A stretch of DNA of 64,000 nucleotides. It comes from an uncultured Caulobacterales bacterium. GTDB lineage: Bacteria > Pseudomonadota > Alphaproteobacteria > Caulobacterales > Parvularculaceae. Below the pieces are notes generated by a model. It was not told the DNA's origin, made no database searches, and saw only the letters and a program-made list of their open reading frames with translations. The position numbers were made by a program, and so were the translations under genes. Within the stretch, counting starts at the first letter, position 1, and every line of letters begins with the position of its first letter. The DNA lies in NCBI GenBank assembly GCA_964556115.1, contig CAZKVC010000007.1:3207-67206 (forward strand), in the 5' to 3' direction. Of the stretch, positions 19,328 to 27,830 are shown in pieces.

Positions 19328-20956
19328 ATGAGAAACTGGGTCTGGGGCATCGCCATGTGTGCGCTGCTGAGCGCTTGCGCCGAAGAGGGAAGCGCGCCGC
19401 AGCCAGCGGCCCAGCAGACGAGGCCGCAGCTCTCACCCGCCCCCGATCCGGCAGCCCTCCCCGGTGCGATCAAGGCCGGCAAGGCCGAGCCCGTCCAGGT
19501 GGTCGGCACCTATCTGCGGCGGATCGAGCTTCTCGATGACAGTGGGCCGCGGATCGGCGCGGTGATCGCGGTCAATGAAAACGCCGTCGCACAGGCCCGC
19601 ACCCTGACCAAGGAGCGCGGCGACCGGGAGAACCCCGGCGTGCTCTACGGCCTGCCGGTCCTCATCAAGGACAATATCGAAACTGCCGATATGCGCACCA
19701 CCGCAGGCTCGCGCGCCCTGGCCGGGAACGACACAGGCCGCGACGCTCCCGCCGTCGAGCGGCTGCGGAATGCCGGCGCGGTGATCCTCGGCAAGACCAA
19801 CCTGTCCGAATGGGCGAATTTCCGCTCCGATCAGTCCACCAGCGGCTGGTCGGCGATCGGCGGCCTGACCCGCAACCCCCACGATCTCTCGCGGAGCGCC
19901 TGCGGCTCGTCGTCGGGGTCAGGCGCGGCGGTGGCGGCAGGTCTCGCCTGGGGCGCTCTCGGTACCGAAACGAATGGATCGGTGACCTGCCCGGCAGCGA
20001 TGAACGGCATTGTCGGTTTCAAGCCGACCGTCGGCATGGTCAGCCGCTCGCGCGTGGTGCCGATCTCGCCGAGCCAGGACACGATCGGCCCGATGACCGC
20101 CACGGTCGAGGGCGCCGCTATGATGATGGAAGCCCTTGCCGGGACCGACCCGTCCGACGACGCCACGGCCGAGGCCGACGAGCGCCGCGGCGGATTCCTC
20201 GAGGCCGCGCGCAACGCGTCCCTCGACGGCGTGCGGCTGGGCGTTCTTCGCTGGGCCGAAGCGGATGATCCGCGCGAGCAGGCGGTCTTCGAAGAAGCCC
20301 TCCGCCGGGCCGAGGAAGCCGGCGCGATCCTCGTCGACATCGAGGAAAGCGGCATCGAGCTTTCCGGCGCCGACGCCTACAATATCCTCAAGAGCGAGTT
20401 CAAAGCCTCTCTCGACGACTATCTGGCTGACAGCGCGGACGGCGTCGAGACGCGTTCGCTGGAAGACGTCATCGCCTTCAACGAGGCGGACGACCGCGAG
20501 CTCGGCCTTTTCGGCCACAACATCATGACCGAGAGCCAGGAGACCGCAGGCATCGAGGACGAGGAGTATCTCGCGGCGCGGGACCGGGTGCAGAAGGCGG
20601 CCCGTGAGGACGGCATCGACCGGCTCCTCGCCGAGAACGAGGTTGATTTCCTCGTCGCGCCGAGTTTCGGGCCGGCCTTCGTCATCGACCTCGTGCGCGG
20701 CGATGTCATCGGCAACAATGCGGGCGCAGGCTGGCTCGCCGCCATCGCCGGCTATCCGCACCTGACCCTGCCCATGGGCGATGTCGAAGGCCTGCCCCTC
20801 GGCTTTTCCGTTATGGGAACGAAATGGGAGGATGCTGCGGTGATCGGCGTCGGGGCGGCGCTCGAAGATGTTTTCCCGCCCAGGCTCGAGCCGAGTTTCA
20901 GGAACCGGGCCGACGATGACAGCCGCATCGCAGGTCTACTGACAGTCGACAGGTAA
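19328..20956 (+). CDS. Amidase-signature family amidase, probable lipoprotein
   Basis: Lipobox LLSAC in MRNWVWGIAMCALLSACAEE, KDNIETADMRTTAGS, and the Gly/Ser-rich signature CGSSSGSGAAVAAG. Confidence 0.85.
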   Translation: MRNWVWGIAMCALLSACAEEGSAPQPAAQQTRPQLSPAPDPAALPGAIKAGKAEPVQVVGTYLRRIELLDDSGPRIGAVIAVNENAVAQARTLTKERGDRENPGVLYGLPVLIKDNIETADMRTTAGSRALAGNDTGRDAPAVERLRNAGAVILGKTNLSEWANFRSDQSTSGWSAIGGLTRNPHDLSRSACGSSSGSGAAVAAGLAWGALGTETNGSVTCPAAMNGIVGFKPTVGMVSRSRVVPISPSQDTIGPMTATVEGAAMMMEALAGTDPSDDATAEADERRGGFLEAARNASLDGVRLGVLRWAEADDPREQAVFEEALRRAEEAGAILVDIEESGIELSGADAYNILKSEFKASLDDYLADSADGVETRSLEDVIAFNEADDRELGLFGHNIMTESQETAGIEDEEYLAARDRVQKAAREDGIDRLLAENEVDFLVAPSFGPAFVIDLVRGDVIGNNAGAGWLAAIAGYPHLTLPMGDVEGLPLGFSVMGTKWEDAAVIGVGAALEDVFPPRLEPSFRNRADDDSRIAGLLTVDR

Positions 20957-20961
20957 CAGCG

Positions 20962-22188
20962 ATGGATTTCGACGCCCCTCTCACCTCCACGTTTCCGCCC
21001 ACCCGCGAAGCGGGGCTTCAGCGGCTGGAGGCGTTCGTGCCGCGCATGGGGGCGAGCTACGCCTCCAAGCGGAACACCGACCGGGGGCCGGAGGACCGCT
21101 CCAACATCTCGGGCCTATCGCCCTATCACAGCCACCGGCTGGTCCTCGAGAGCGAGACCCTCGCCAAGGCGTTGGAGCATCACGGTGAGAACGGGGCGGA
21201 GGCGTTCCTGCAGGAAGTCCTCTGGCGGGGCTATTTCAAAGGGTGGCTCGAGCAGCATCCGCAGGTCTGGACCCGCTACCGCCGGGGCGTCGAAGACAGC
21301 TTCGTCAATCTCGATAGCGAAGCCCGGGCACGCTACGACAAGGCGGTGGGCGGTGAGACCGGCATCGCCTGCTTCGATGCATGGGCGCGGGAGCTGATCG
21401 AGATCGGCTATCTGCACAATCACAGCCGGATGTGGTTCGCCTCCATCTGGATCTTCACCCTCGGCCTGCCCTGGGACCTCGGGGCGGATTTCTTCTACCG
21501 CCATCTTCTCGATGGCGATGCCGCTTCGAACACCCTTTCATGGCGTTGGGCGGCGGGGCTCCATACCAAGGGCAAAAGCTACCTGGCGACGCCCGAGAAC
21601 ATCGAGCGCTACACCGAGGGCCGTTTTCCGCGGCCAGGCAACCTCGCGCCTGATGCTCCGGCCCTCGAAGACGACTGGAATGACGAGACCCAGCCCCTGC
21701 CCGCGCCCGCGCGGCCCGAGCCGGGGGTGCCGAGCCTTCTTCTCCTTCACGAGGACGACCTTGCCTTTGAGACCCTCGGGCTTGGCGACTTCGACCTCAA
21801 GGGCACGGCGGCCGTGACGGTGACCGACGACCGCTCGCCCTTTGGTGCCAGCGAGCAGGCCAAGCATTTCACCATCAACGCGGTGGAAGACGCCCTCAAC
21901 CGCGCCGACGACGCCCTGCCCGGGGACGCGGAGAAGCTTCTGTCCTTCGAGGCGGTGGCCGAGCATGCGCGGGAGATCGGCGCTGAGCAGATCATCTATC
22001 CCTACGCGCCTGTCGGCCCGGTCAAGGACAGGTTGATGGCGGCAGCACCTGGCTGGAACGAGGCGGGGCTTGAGCACCGGGCCATCCTACGGGCCTATGA
22101 CGAAACCCTTTGGCCCCATTGCGGCAAGGGTTATTTCGGCGTCAAAAAGAAAATGGGAGACCTCCTCCCCAAGCTCGCAGACCGCTAG
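20962..22188 (+). CDS. Photolyase/cryptochrome-family FAD-binding-domain protein with atypical domain order
   Basis: The N-terminal 230 aa carry FAD_binding_7 hallmarks: GLSPYHSHRLV, FLQEVLWRGYF, TGIACFDAWARELIEIGYLHNHSRMWFASIW, LLDGDAASNTLSWRWAAG. No N-terminal alpha/beta domain is present. See the finding at 20962..22188. Confidence 0.7.
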   Translation: MDFDAPLTSTFPPTREAGLQRLEAFVPRMGASYASKRNTDRGPEDRSNISGLSPYHSHRLVLESETLAKALEHHGENGAEAFLQEVLWRGYFKGWLEQHPQVWTRYRRGVEDSFVNLDSEARARYDKAVGGETGIACFDAWARELIEIGYLHNHSRMWFASIWIFTLGLPWDLGADFFYRHLLDGDAASNTLSWRWAAGLHTKGKSYLATPENIERYTEGRFPRPGNLAPDAPALEDDWNDETQPLPAPARPEPGVPSLLLLHEDDLAFETLGLGDFDLKGTAAVTVTDDRSPFGASEQAKHFTINAVEDALNRADDALPGDAEKLLSFEAVAEHAREIGAEQIIYPYAPVGPVKDRLMAAAPGWNEAGLEHRAILRAYDETLWPHCGKGYFGVKKKMGDLLPKLADR

Positions 22189-23159
22189 AACGCGGCCTTC
22201 AGCGCTTCGCCCAGGCGATGGCCGGAGAGCCATGCCGCCTCGATCCTCGGACCCATGTGCCAGTCGCCACAGGTGGCAAAGCCGCTGTCGGTATCGAGGC
22301 CGAAATCCTCATCGGCGGTATCGAGGACGCGCGCATAGCGCCAGCGGTGAACCGCGCTGTGGGACGGCTTGCCCTCGACGCCTGACGCCTCGGCGAAGGC
22401 GGCGAGGAGCGCATCGCTGACATCGTCCGGATCATCCTCGAGATGCCGCTCGCTCCATTCGGGGGAGGCATGGACGACGAAACGCCCACCGGGCTCGCGC
22501 TGGGGCTTGCCCGGCTGCCAAAAGATCGCGTCGATCCTGTCGTCGTCGGGCCAGAAGACATCGAAGCCCGGATCGGTGTCGCCGATCGCAGCCATCAGGG
22601 TCCAGCAGGGCGCATAACGCGCCTGGTCCGCCCGCGCCTTGAGGGGATGATCGCCCGGCAGAAGGGCAGCGGCCTGCGGCGCCGGGGTTGCGAGGACCAC
22701 GAAATCGGCGTCGGCGATCTGATGGCCGGCTCTGGTGCTGAGGTCGAAGCGGCCGTCGCGGCCGGGCATTGGGGCACCGATCTCGATCCCGAACTCTGCG
22801 TCCAGCGCCTCGGCCTCGTGACGGATGATGGCGTTCATGCCGGGGATGCCGACAAACCAGGCCTCGTCAGGTTGGGTGACCTCTCCGTCCTTGCGGCACC
22901 TTGGTGTCCACGAAGCGGCCGCGCCCGCTTTTCTCCACGCCTCGACCGCACGAAGAAAGGCATCGTCCCGGACGGTGAAATAGGCAGCGCCATGGTCGAA
23001 CCGGCCCGCGGGGGACCGCCGCGTGGCGCAGCGCCCGCCAGGGCCCCGGCCCTTGTCGGCTATGCGCACGTCGACACCTGCTGCAGCGAGCACGCGCCCG
23101 CAGGCCAGCCCCGCAAGGCCCGCGCCGATGATGAAGACTGAAGGGTTCGCCATGGCCAC
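22185..23159 (-). CDS. NAD/FAD-dependent oxidoreductase (COG3380/renalase-like)
   Basis: VFIIGAGLAGLACGRVLAAAGVDVRIADKGRGPGGR dinucleotide fold. Convergent 4-nt overlap with the photolyase-like gene. Confidence 0.75.
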   Translation of the reverse strand: MAMANPSVFIIGAGLAGLACGRVLAAAGVDVRIADKGRGPGGRCATRRSPAGRFDHGAAYFTVRDDAFLRAVEAWRKAGAAASWTPRCRKDGEVTQPDEAWFVGIPGMNAIIRHEAEALDAEFGIEIGAPMPGRDGRFDLSTRAGHQIADADFVVLATPAPQAAALLPGDHPLKARADQARYAPCWTLMAAIGDTDPGFDVFWPDDDRIDAIFWQPGKPQREPGGRFVVHASPEWSERHLEDDPDDVSDALLAAFAEASGVEGKPSHSAVHRWRYARVLDTADEDFGLDTDSGFATCGDWHMGPRIEAAWLSGHRLGEALKAAF

Positions 23160-23214
23160 TTCTCCAATGGGGAGGACCTATGGCGTTTGCGTCGCGAAGA
23201 AAGAGACGTTTCGC

Positions 23215-24048
23215 TCAGAACCGATAGGAATGACGAAGCCTCTGAAGGAAGAGCGGCTGACGGCTCTCCTCCATGGTCACCTGCCAGATCGGGTTCGCAC
23301 CTCGGCGGACCGTGAAGCTGTCCTCATGGATTTCGTAGCCATCGGCTTCGACCAGAAGCTGAAGGTCGGCTTCGGCATCGGCGGCCTTTACCTGGGTGAC
23401 GATGCGCAGGACACCGCCGCTGTAGTCCATTTCGGCCCCGGAATTACGGAACAGGTTGTAGCGGATGCCGGTTTCGGGGTTGTAGAGCTTACCCGCCAGC
23501 TGGTTCCTTCCGATCATCGTATCGACATCGGTCCGGAGACCTTGCGGGAACTCGATCTGGATGCGGAGCTGGTAGTTCTGTCCGGCGGCCTGCTGGCTCG
23601 CCGCTGCACTGATGGGCAGGAGAAAGGCATCCTCCCCACCAAGCCGGGCGGGGCCGAAGGCGGCGTCGAGATTGCTGCGGGGGGTCATGGACTCGGCAGG
23701 AGCCTGAAGCGGCGTTCCGAGATCCGAAGGCGCCAGGGTCACAAGGGCGGCGAGCGCGCCGAAGCCCTGGGCGAATGCGCCCCTCATGGTGACGGGCTGG
23801 AAGAACAGGACCGTCCCGCCGCCGATCGCCATCAGGATCAGCATCACGCCATAAAGCGGGATCGAATCGAGACCGAGAAGCGAGGTCACTTCGAGGATCC
23901 AGCGGTTGAGAACGTAGAGCGCCGAGGCTTCGCGCTGCTGGGTCAGGTCGACGAGGATCGCGCTTCCTATCCCCAGCGCCGCCACACCACCCAGCCCCGC
24001 CCGACTGAACACACCGATATCGCGTTCGAGATAAGCTCTGCTGACCAT
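23215..24048 (-). CDS. Hypothetical membrane protein (3 N-terminal TM segments plus beta-rich C-terminal domain)
   Basis: Hydrophobic spans GGVAALGIGSAILV, IPLYGVMLILMAIGGGTVLFF, FGALAALVTLAP. No family recognised. Last gene of the repA-sbcD-sbcC-like minus-strand string. Confidence 0.5.
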   Translation of the reverse strand: MVSRAYLERDIGVFSRAGLGGVAALGIGSAILVDLTQQREASALYVLNRWILEVTSLLGLDSIPLYGVMLILMAIGGGTVLFFQPVTMRGAFAQGFGALAALVTLAPSDLGTPLQAPAESMTPRSNLDAAFGPARLGGEDAFLLPISAAASQQAAGQNYQLRIQIEFPQGLRTDVDTMIGRNQLAGKLYNPETGIRYNLFRNSGAEMDYSGGVLRIVTQVKAADAEADLQLLVEADGYEIHEDSFTVRRGANPIWQVTMEESRQPLFLQRLRHSYRF

Positions 24049-24109
24049 GCCCTGCTTCCCTTGCCCTTAACGAGACATTAACACAAAAAATCAGGTGGGC
24101 AATCGGCGC

Positions 24110-26722
24110 TCATTCTCTTTCGGTGAAGGGCTGAAGCGTCAGGCGGTGCCCGCCAAGATCGCGGAACAGCCGCTCATGGCAGGTCAGGACGATGACCTGG
24201 GTCTCCTGCGAAACCTCGTGGAGAATGTCGAAAAGCCGCGGCAGGCGGGTGTCATCGCTATAGGTCAGGGCATCGTCGAGGATCACCGGCCACGGCTCCC
24301 CCCTCTTCGCGGAAAGCCGGGCGAAGGCGAGCCGCGTCAGGATGGCGAGCTGCTCCTTGGTCCCCGCGCTCAGGCTCTCGACCTTCGAAGGCTGACCAGG
24401 GCGCACCAGCGTGTCGGGTTTCCAGGCCTGGTCGAAGGCGAGCTCGGCTTCGCCGAAAAGCTTGGTCAGCATCGGGGAAATCTCGGCCATGACCGGTTTG
24501 GTCACCGTTTCGCGCCGGGCGGCTTCTTCCTCGAGGATGGCCTCCTCAAGGCGGCGGAGGGCGGCGCGGCGGGCTTCGATCTCGGAGAGCTTTTCGTTTG
24601 CCGCTTCGAGAGCGCCGTTGATCTCCGCCAGAGCGGTATCGGCGCCATTGCCATAGAGCACGCCGAGTTCGGCCTTGGCGGCGGCGATCCCTTCCTTCAG
24701 CTCGGTCCGGCGCCGCCGGTCGATTTCCTCGGCGTCATGCAGGCGCTTCAGGATTCTTTCGGCTGAGGCGAGTTCGGTCGCCTTCCCCTCAAGCTCTTCG
24801 CGCTGGCGGCGAAGAGCTCCAAGCTCGTCGCGGAGCGCCTCGGCTTCCTTGGCGAGAAGCTCGTCGCTGCGGCGGCGTTCGTCGGCCTTGCCATGGTTCG
24901 TTTCGATGACGGAAACTTCCCGCCGTGCGCTCTCGAAGCTGATGCGGAGGTCGGTATGCCGGGTCTCGAGCACGGCTTTATCGGTCGCCAGAGCAGCGAG
25001 CCGGTCCTCCGCCGCCGCCATTCGCCCGGCCGCTTCGGCAAGCTTCTTCTGAAGAGCCTCTTCGGTCTCGGCAGGTTCGGGCAAAGGTTCGGGGACGGCC
25101 TCCAGCGTGTCGAGCGCGTCGGCCACAGTCCCGGCCCCCTGCGGTGCGACCCGCGTCAACGAGGCCTTGAGCTGCTTGGCTTCTGCGGCGGCAATCTTTC
25201 GGGCATCCTCCTTCGCTGCTGCCTCTTCCAAGGTACTCACGCCTGCCTCGGCCAACGCCCGCCGAAGAGCCCGCTGTGCCTCTTCGAGCTTTCGAGCCGC
25301 CTCGCGACCGCCCGGCACGTCGAGGGTGAAGCTCGCATCGCCGACATCCAGCCGTCCGGCGCTCAGAACGGCCCTGGCTTCGCCGGGTTGCAGCGCCCTG
25401 CCGTCGAGAGAAGCGGCAGATCCCCTCTCGAAAGTCAGCACAGGCGCGAGGGCACGGCTCTCCGCTTCCCGGGTCAGCACGGCCCGCTCGAGACCCGCGA
25501 GACCTTCGATGTCGATCCTGGCGGAAGCCGCGCGCCTCCCGGCATCCTTCAACTGCGCTTCGAGTTCGCGCGCTTCCTCGAGGGTTTCCATCAACCTGGC
25601 GCGCTCGGCCGCGGCCTGCTGGTTCCGCCGGTAGCGCTGCCAGTGACTGAGCGCTTCGCGAAGGCCGTCCGCCTCTGCCCTCGCGGCGCTGCGCTCGTCT
25701 TCTGTGTTGGCGATCGAGCCGCGAAGGCTCGAAAGGTCCGACTCGATGGCCGTCAGGTCATCCCTGGTCATACTGATCTGGTTCGTCAGCGTTTCCAGTC
25801 GCTTGGACTGACGCACGAGGTCTTCTCTCCGCTCGTCCGTCTCGGCGAGCCGCTGTTCGATCTTGCCGATTTCCTGTCTGGTATGGCCAAGGCGAAAGGC
25901 GACCTCGCTATGCTGGCGGAGGCTCTTCTCCGCCTCGTGGATCGCCTGATGGCGGGCGGCGCGGTCGTCAGGATTATCGAGCGCTTCCAACTGGTCGCGT
26001 TGCGACTGGAGGTCCTGACGAAGGGTATGGCCACGCGCGGTGTCAGCCTCCAGCGCAGCCTTCCTTGCCGTGAGATCTTCAATCTCGTTCATGAGGGCGA
26101 GAAGCTCGCCGGTCGGCGTCTTGCGCTTCGCCGTCTCGTAGCGGGCCAACTCACCCCGCAAGGCATCGAGCACGGCGGCCGTATCGGCGCCGCCGTCCAT
26201 TTCGGCCACGGAATGACCAAGCAGGCCTTCCATGGTCTGGCGTTGTTGGTCGGCCTGCTTCGGTTGGGAGCCCAGCGTTCCGGCAAGGGTTTCGCCCTGG
26301 CGCATCCAGAAGAGACCTGTCGGTCCCTGTTCGGCTTTGTCACCCGAAAGAAATTCCCGCAGCCAATTCTCGGCATCGCCTTCCTGAGCCACCAGCTCCC
26401 CGCCTGCTGCGGTAAGCTGTGTGGTCGCGCCGCGGCGGCCTTCGGTGAAGCGCTTGACGAGCCGCTTCTCGCCATCCTCTGTCACGAAGTCGATTTCGAT
26501 ATAGGGATCGCCCTGCCCGGACCACGGCCGGAGGCTTCGGACATGGGCATCCTTGCTGCGCGCGCCGTAGAAAAGGGCGGTACGCAGCGCGTCGAGAAGC
26601 GTACTCTTGCCGCTTTCGTTCGGCGCGCAGTGAACATTGAGGCCAGGCGTCAGCCCCTCGATCGCGACCCCCCGGTCGCCGAACCGCCTGACATGGCGGA
26701 GCCTCAAGGCGTCGATCCGCAT
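24110..26722 (-). CDS. SbcC/Rad50/YhaN-like AAA ATPase with long coiled coil
   Basis: Walker A CAPNESGKST, about 600 aa of Ala/Glu/Arg/Leu-rich coiled coil, signature SLSAGTKEQLAILTRLAF, Walker B PVILDDALTYSD. The start shares one nt with the stop of the upstream nuclease gene. Confidence 0.8.
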   Translation of the reverse strand: MRIDALRLRHVRRFGDRGVAIEGLTPGLNVHCAPNESGKSTLLDALRTALFYGARSKDAHVRSLRPWSGQGDPYIEIDFVTEDGEKRLVKRFTEGRRGATTQLTAAGGELVAQEGDAENWLREFLSGDKAEQGPTGLFWMRQGETLAGTLGSQPKQADQQRQTMEGLLGHSVAEMDGGADTAAVLDALRGELARYETAKRKTPTGELLALMNEIEDLTARKAALEADTARGHTLRQDLQSQRDQLEALDNPDDRAARHQAIHEAEKSLRQHSEVAFRLGHTRQEIGKIEQRLAETDERREDLVRQSKRLETLTNQISMTRDDLTAIESDLSSLRGSIANTEDERSAARAEADGLREALSHWQRYRRNQQAAAERARLMETLEEARELEAQLKDAGRRAASARIDIEGLAGLERAVLTREAESRALAPVLTFERGSAASLDGRALQPGEARAVLSAGRLDVGDASFTLDVPGGREAARKLEEAQRALRRALAEAGVSTLEEAAAKEDARKIAAAEAKQLKASLTRVAPQGAGTVADALDTLEAVPEPLPEPAETEEALQKKLAEAAGRMAAAEDRLAALATDKAVLETRHTDLRISFESARREVSVIETNHGKADERRRSDELLAKEAEALRDELGALRRQREELEGKATELASAERILKRLHDAEEIDRRRRTELKEGIAAAKAELGVLYGNGADTALAEINGALEAANEKLSEIEARRAALRRLEEAILEEEAARRETVTKPVMAEISPMLTKLFGEAELAFDQAWKPDTLVRPGQPSKVESLSAGTKEQLAILTRLAFARLSAKRGEPWPVILDDALTYSDDTRLPRLFDILHEVSQETQVIVLTCHERLFRDLGGHRLTLQPFTERE

Positions 26723-27828
26723 CAGCTTGCCGCCCGGGCAAGCCGCGCCAGTTCGCCCAAGGCATCCCGGCTGACGGGGTCCTCGCTACCGCTGGCGCGA
26801 AGCCTGTCGGCGACCCGGCGCAGGGTGCCCTGCCCGAGAAGATCGTCGAGGTCGGCTTCGTCGGTGAGAACCCGGAGGCCACGGTCCTTGATGCGAAGGT
26901 GGAAGAAGCGCTCCTGCGCGCCCGCGATCAGGATCTCAGCCGTTTGCCGGGTGGCAAGGCCGGTATGGCCGCTCAGGGTCAGTTTGATGAGCTCGCGGTC
27001 GGGGTCAGCCGCCGTCGGCGTCAAGACATCGGCGAGGCGGCCCTCATCCTCCTCGCGGCCAGCGAGATCGACGGTATCGTGCCGCCAGTGGAAGGTTCCG
27101 GTTGCGAAACTCTCCGGGCTGTCCGGGGTGTCGAGATCGACCAGAAGGGCACGGCCCTGATCGGTGTTGCGGTAGTCGTCGGGCTCGGGCGTCCCGGCAT
27201 AGAAGGTCCGGGGCCCCGCCCTGCCCTGACCGTGCCAGTCACCAAGCGCCAGATAGGCGAGGTCCGACCGCTCCGCCCTGTCTTCGGCGACGAGATTCCG
27301 GTCGTCGCTTTCCCCGCCGAAGCTCTTCACCCCGCCATGGGCGATACCGACACGCCATGCACCCGGCGGGGTGGTCATACCGTCATAGGCGGCGGTGAGA
27401 TCCTTGCCGGGATTGTTGCTGCTCCATGGCGCAGGAAGAAGGAAGGTCTCCGGCTCCATCTCCACAGGCGCGAAATCGGTGAGGCCGTGGATATGCGCCG
27501 GCAGGCCGAACGCGCGAAGCCTGTCCCAAAGACCCTCGCGGCCTGCCGGGTCGTGATTGCCGGGAAGGAGCCACCAATGGAGGTCGTCCGCCCTGGCCAT
27601 CCGGTCGAGGGGCTGGCGCAGGACGCGGTCGCTGGGCATCGCCTGATCCCACACATCGCCTGCGACGAGGATGTGCCGGGCGCCGTTCTTACGCGCCGCC
27701 GTGGCCAGCGTAGGGATGATGTCCAGCCGAGCGCGCTGCAATTGCGCGGCCTTTTCGGCTCCGAAACCAAAGCTGCTGAACGGTTTGCCCAGCTGCCAGT
27801 CCGCGCTGTGGATGAAGCGAAAGCCCAT
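26722..27828 (-). CDS. SbcD/Mre11-like metallophosphoesterase (DNA repair exonuclease family)
   Basis: FRFIHSADWQLG, VAGDVWD, LPGNHD, IAHGG, LALGDWHG calcineurin-like phosphoesterase motifs. Start trimmed to MGFRF (track 27933), 2 nt after the repA stop. Confidence 0.8.
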   Translation of the reverse strand: MGFRFIHSADWQLGKPFSSFGFGAEKAAQLQRARLDIIPTLATAARKNGARHILVAGDVWDQAMPSDRVLRQPLDRMARADDLHWWLLPGNHDPAGREGLWDRLRAFGLPAHIHGLTDFAPVEMEPETFLLPAPWSSNNPGKDLTAAYDGMTTPPGAWRVGIAHGGVKSFGGESDDRNLVAEDRAERSDLAYLALGDWHGQGRAGPRTFYAGTPEPDDYRNTDQGRALLVDLDTPDSPESFATGTFHWRHDTVDLAGREEDEGRLADVLTPTAADPDRELIKLTLSGHTGLATRQTAEILIAGAQERFFHLRIKDRGLRVLTDEADLDDLLGQGTLRRVADRLRASGSEDPVSRDALGELARLARAAS

Positions 27829-27830
27829 GG

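Noticed and set aside
24893-27160. 755-aa plus-strand ORF
   Set aside because: It is antisense to the SbcC-like and SbcD-like genes, whose Walker and phosphoesterase motifs are clear. Its composition is Arg/Leu/Gly-rich and featureless.
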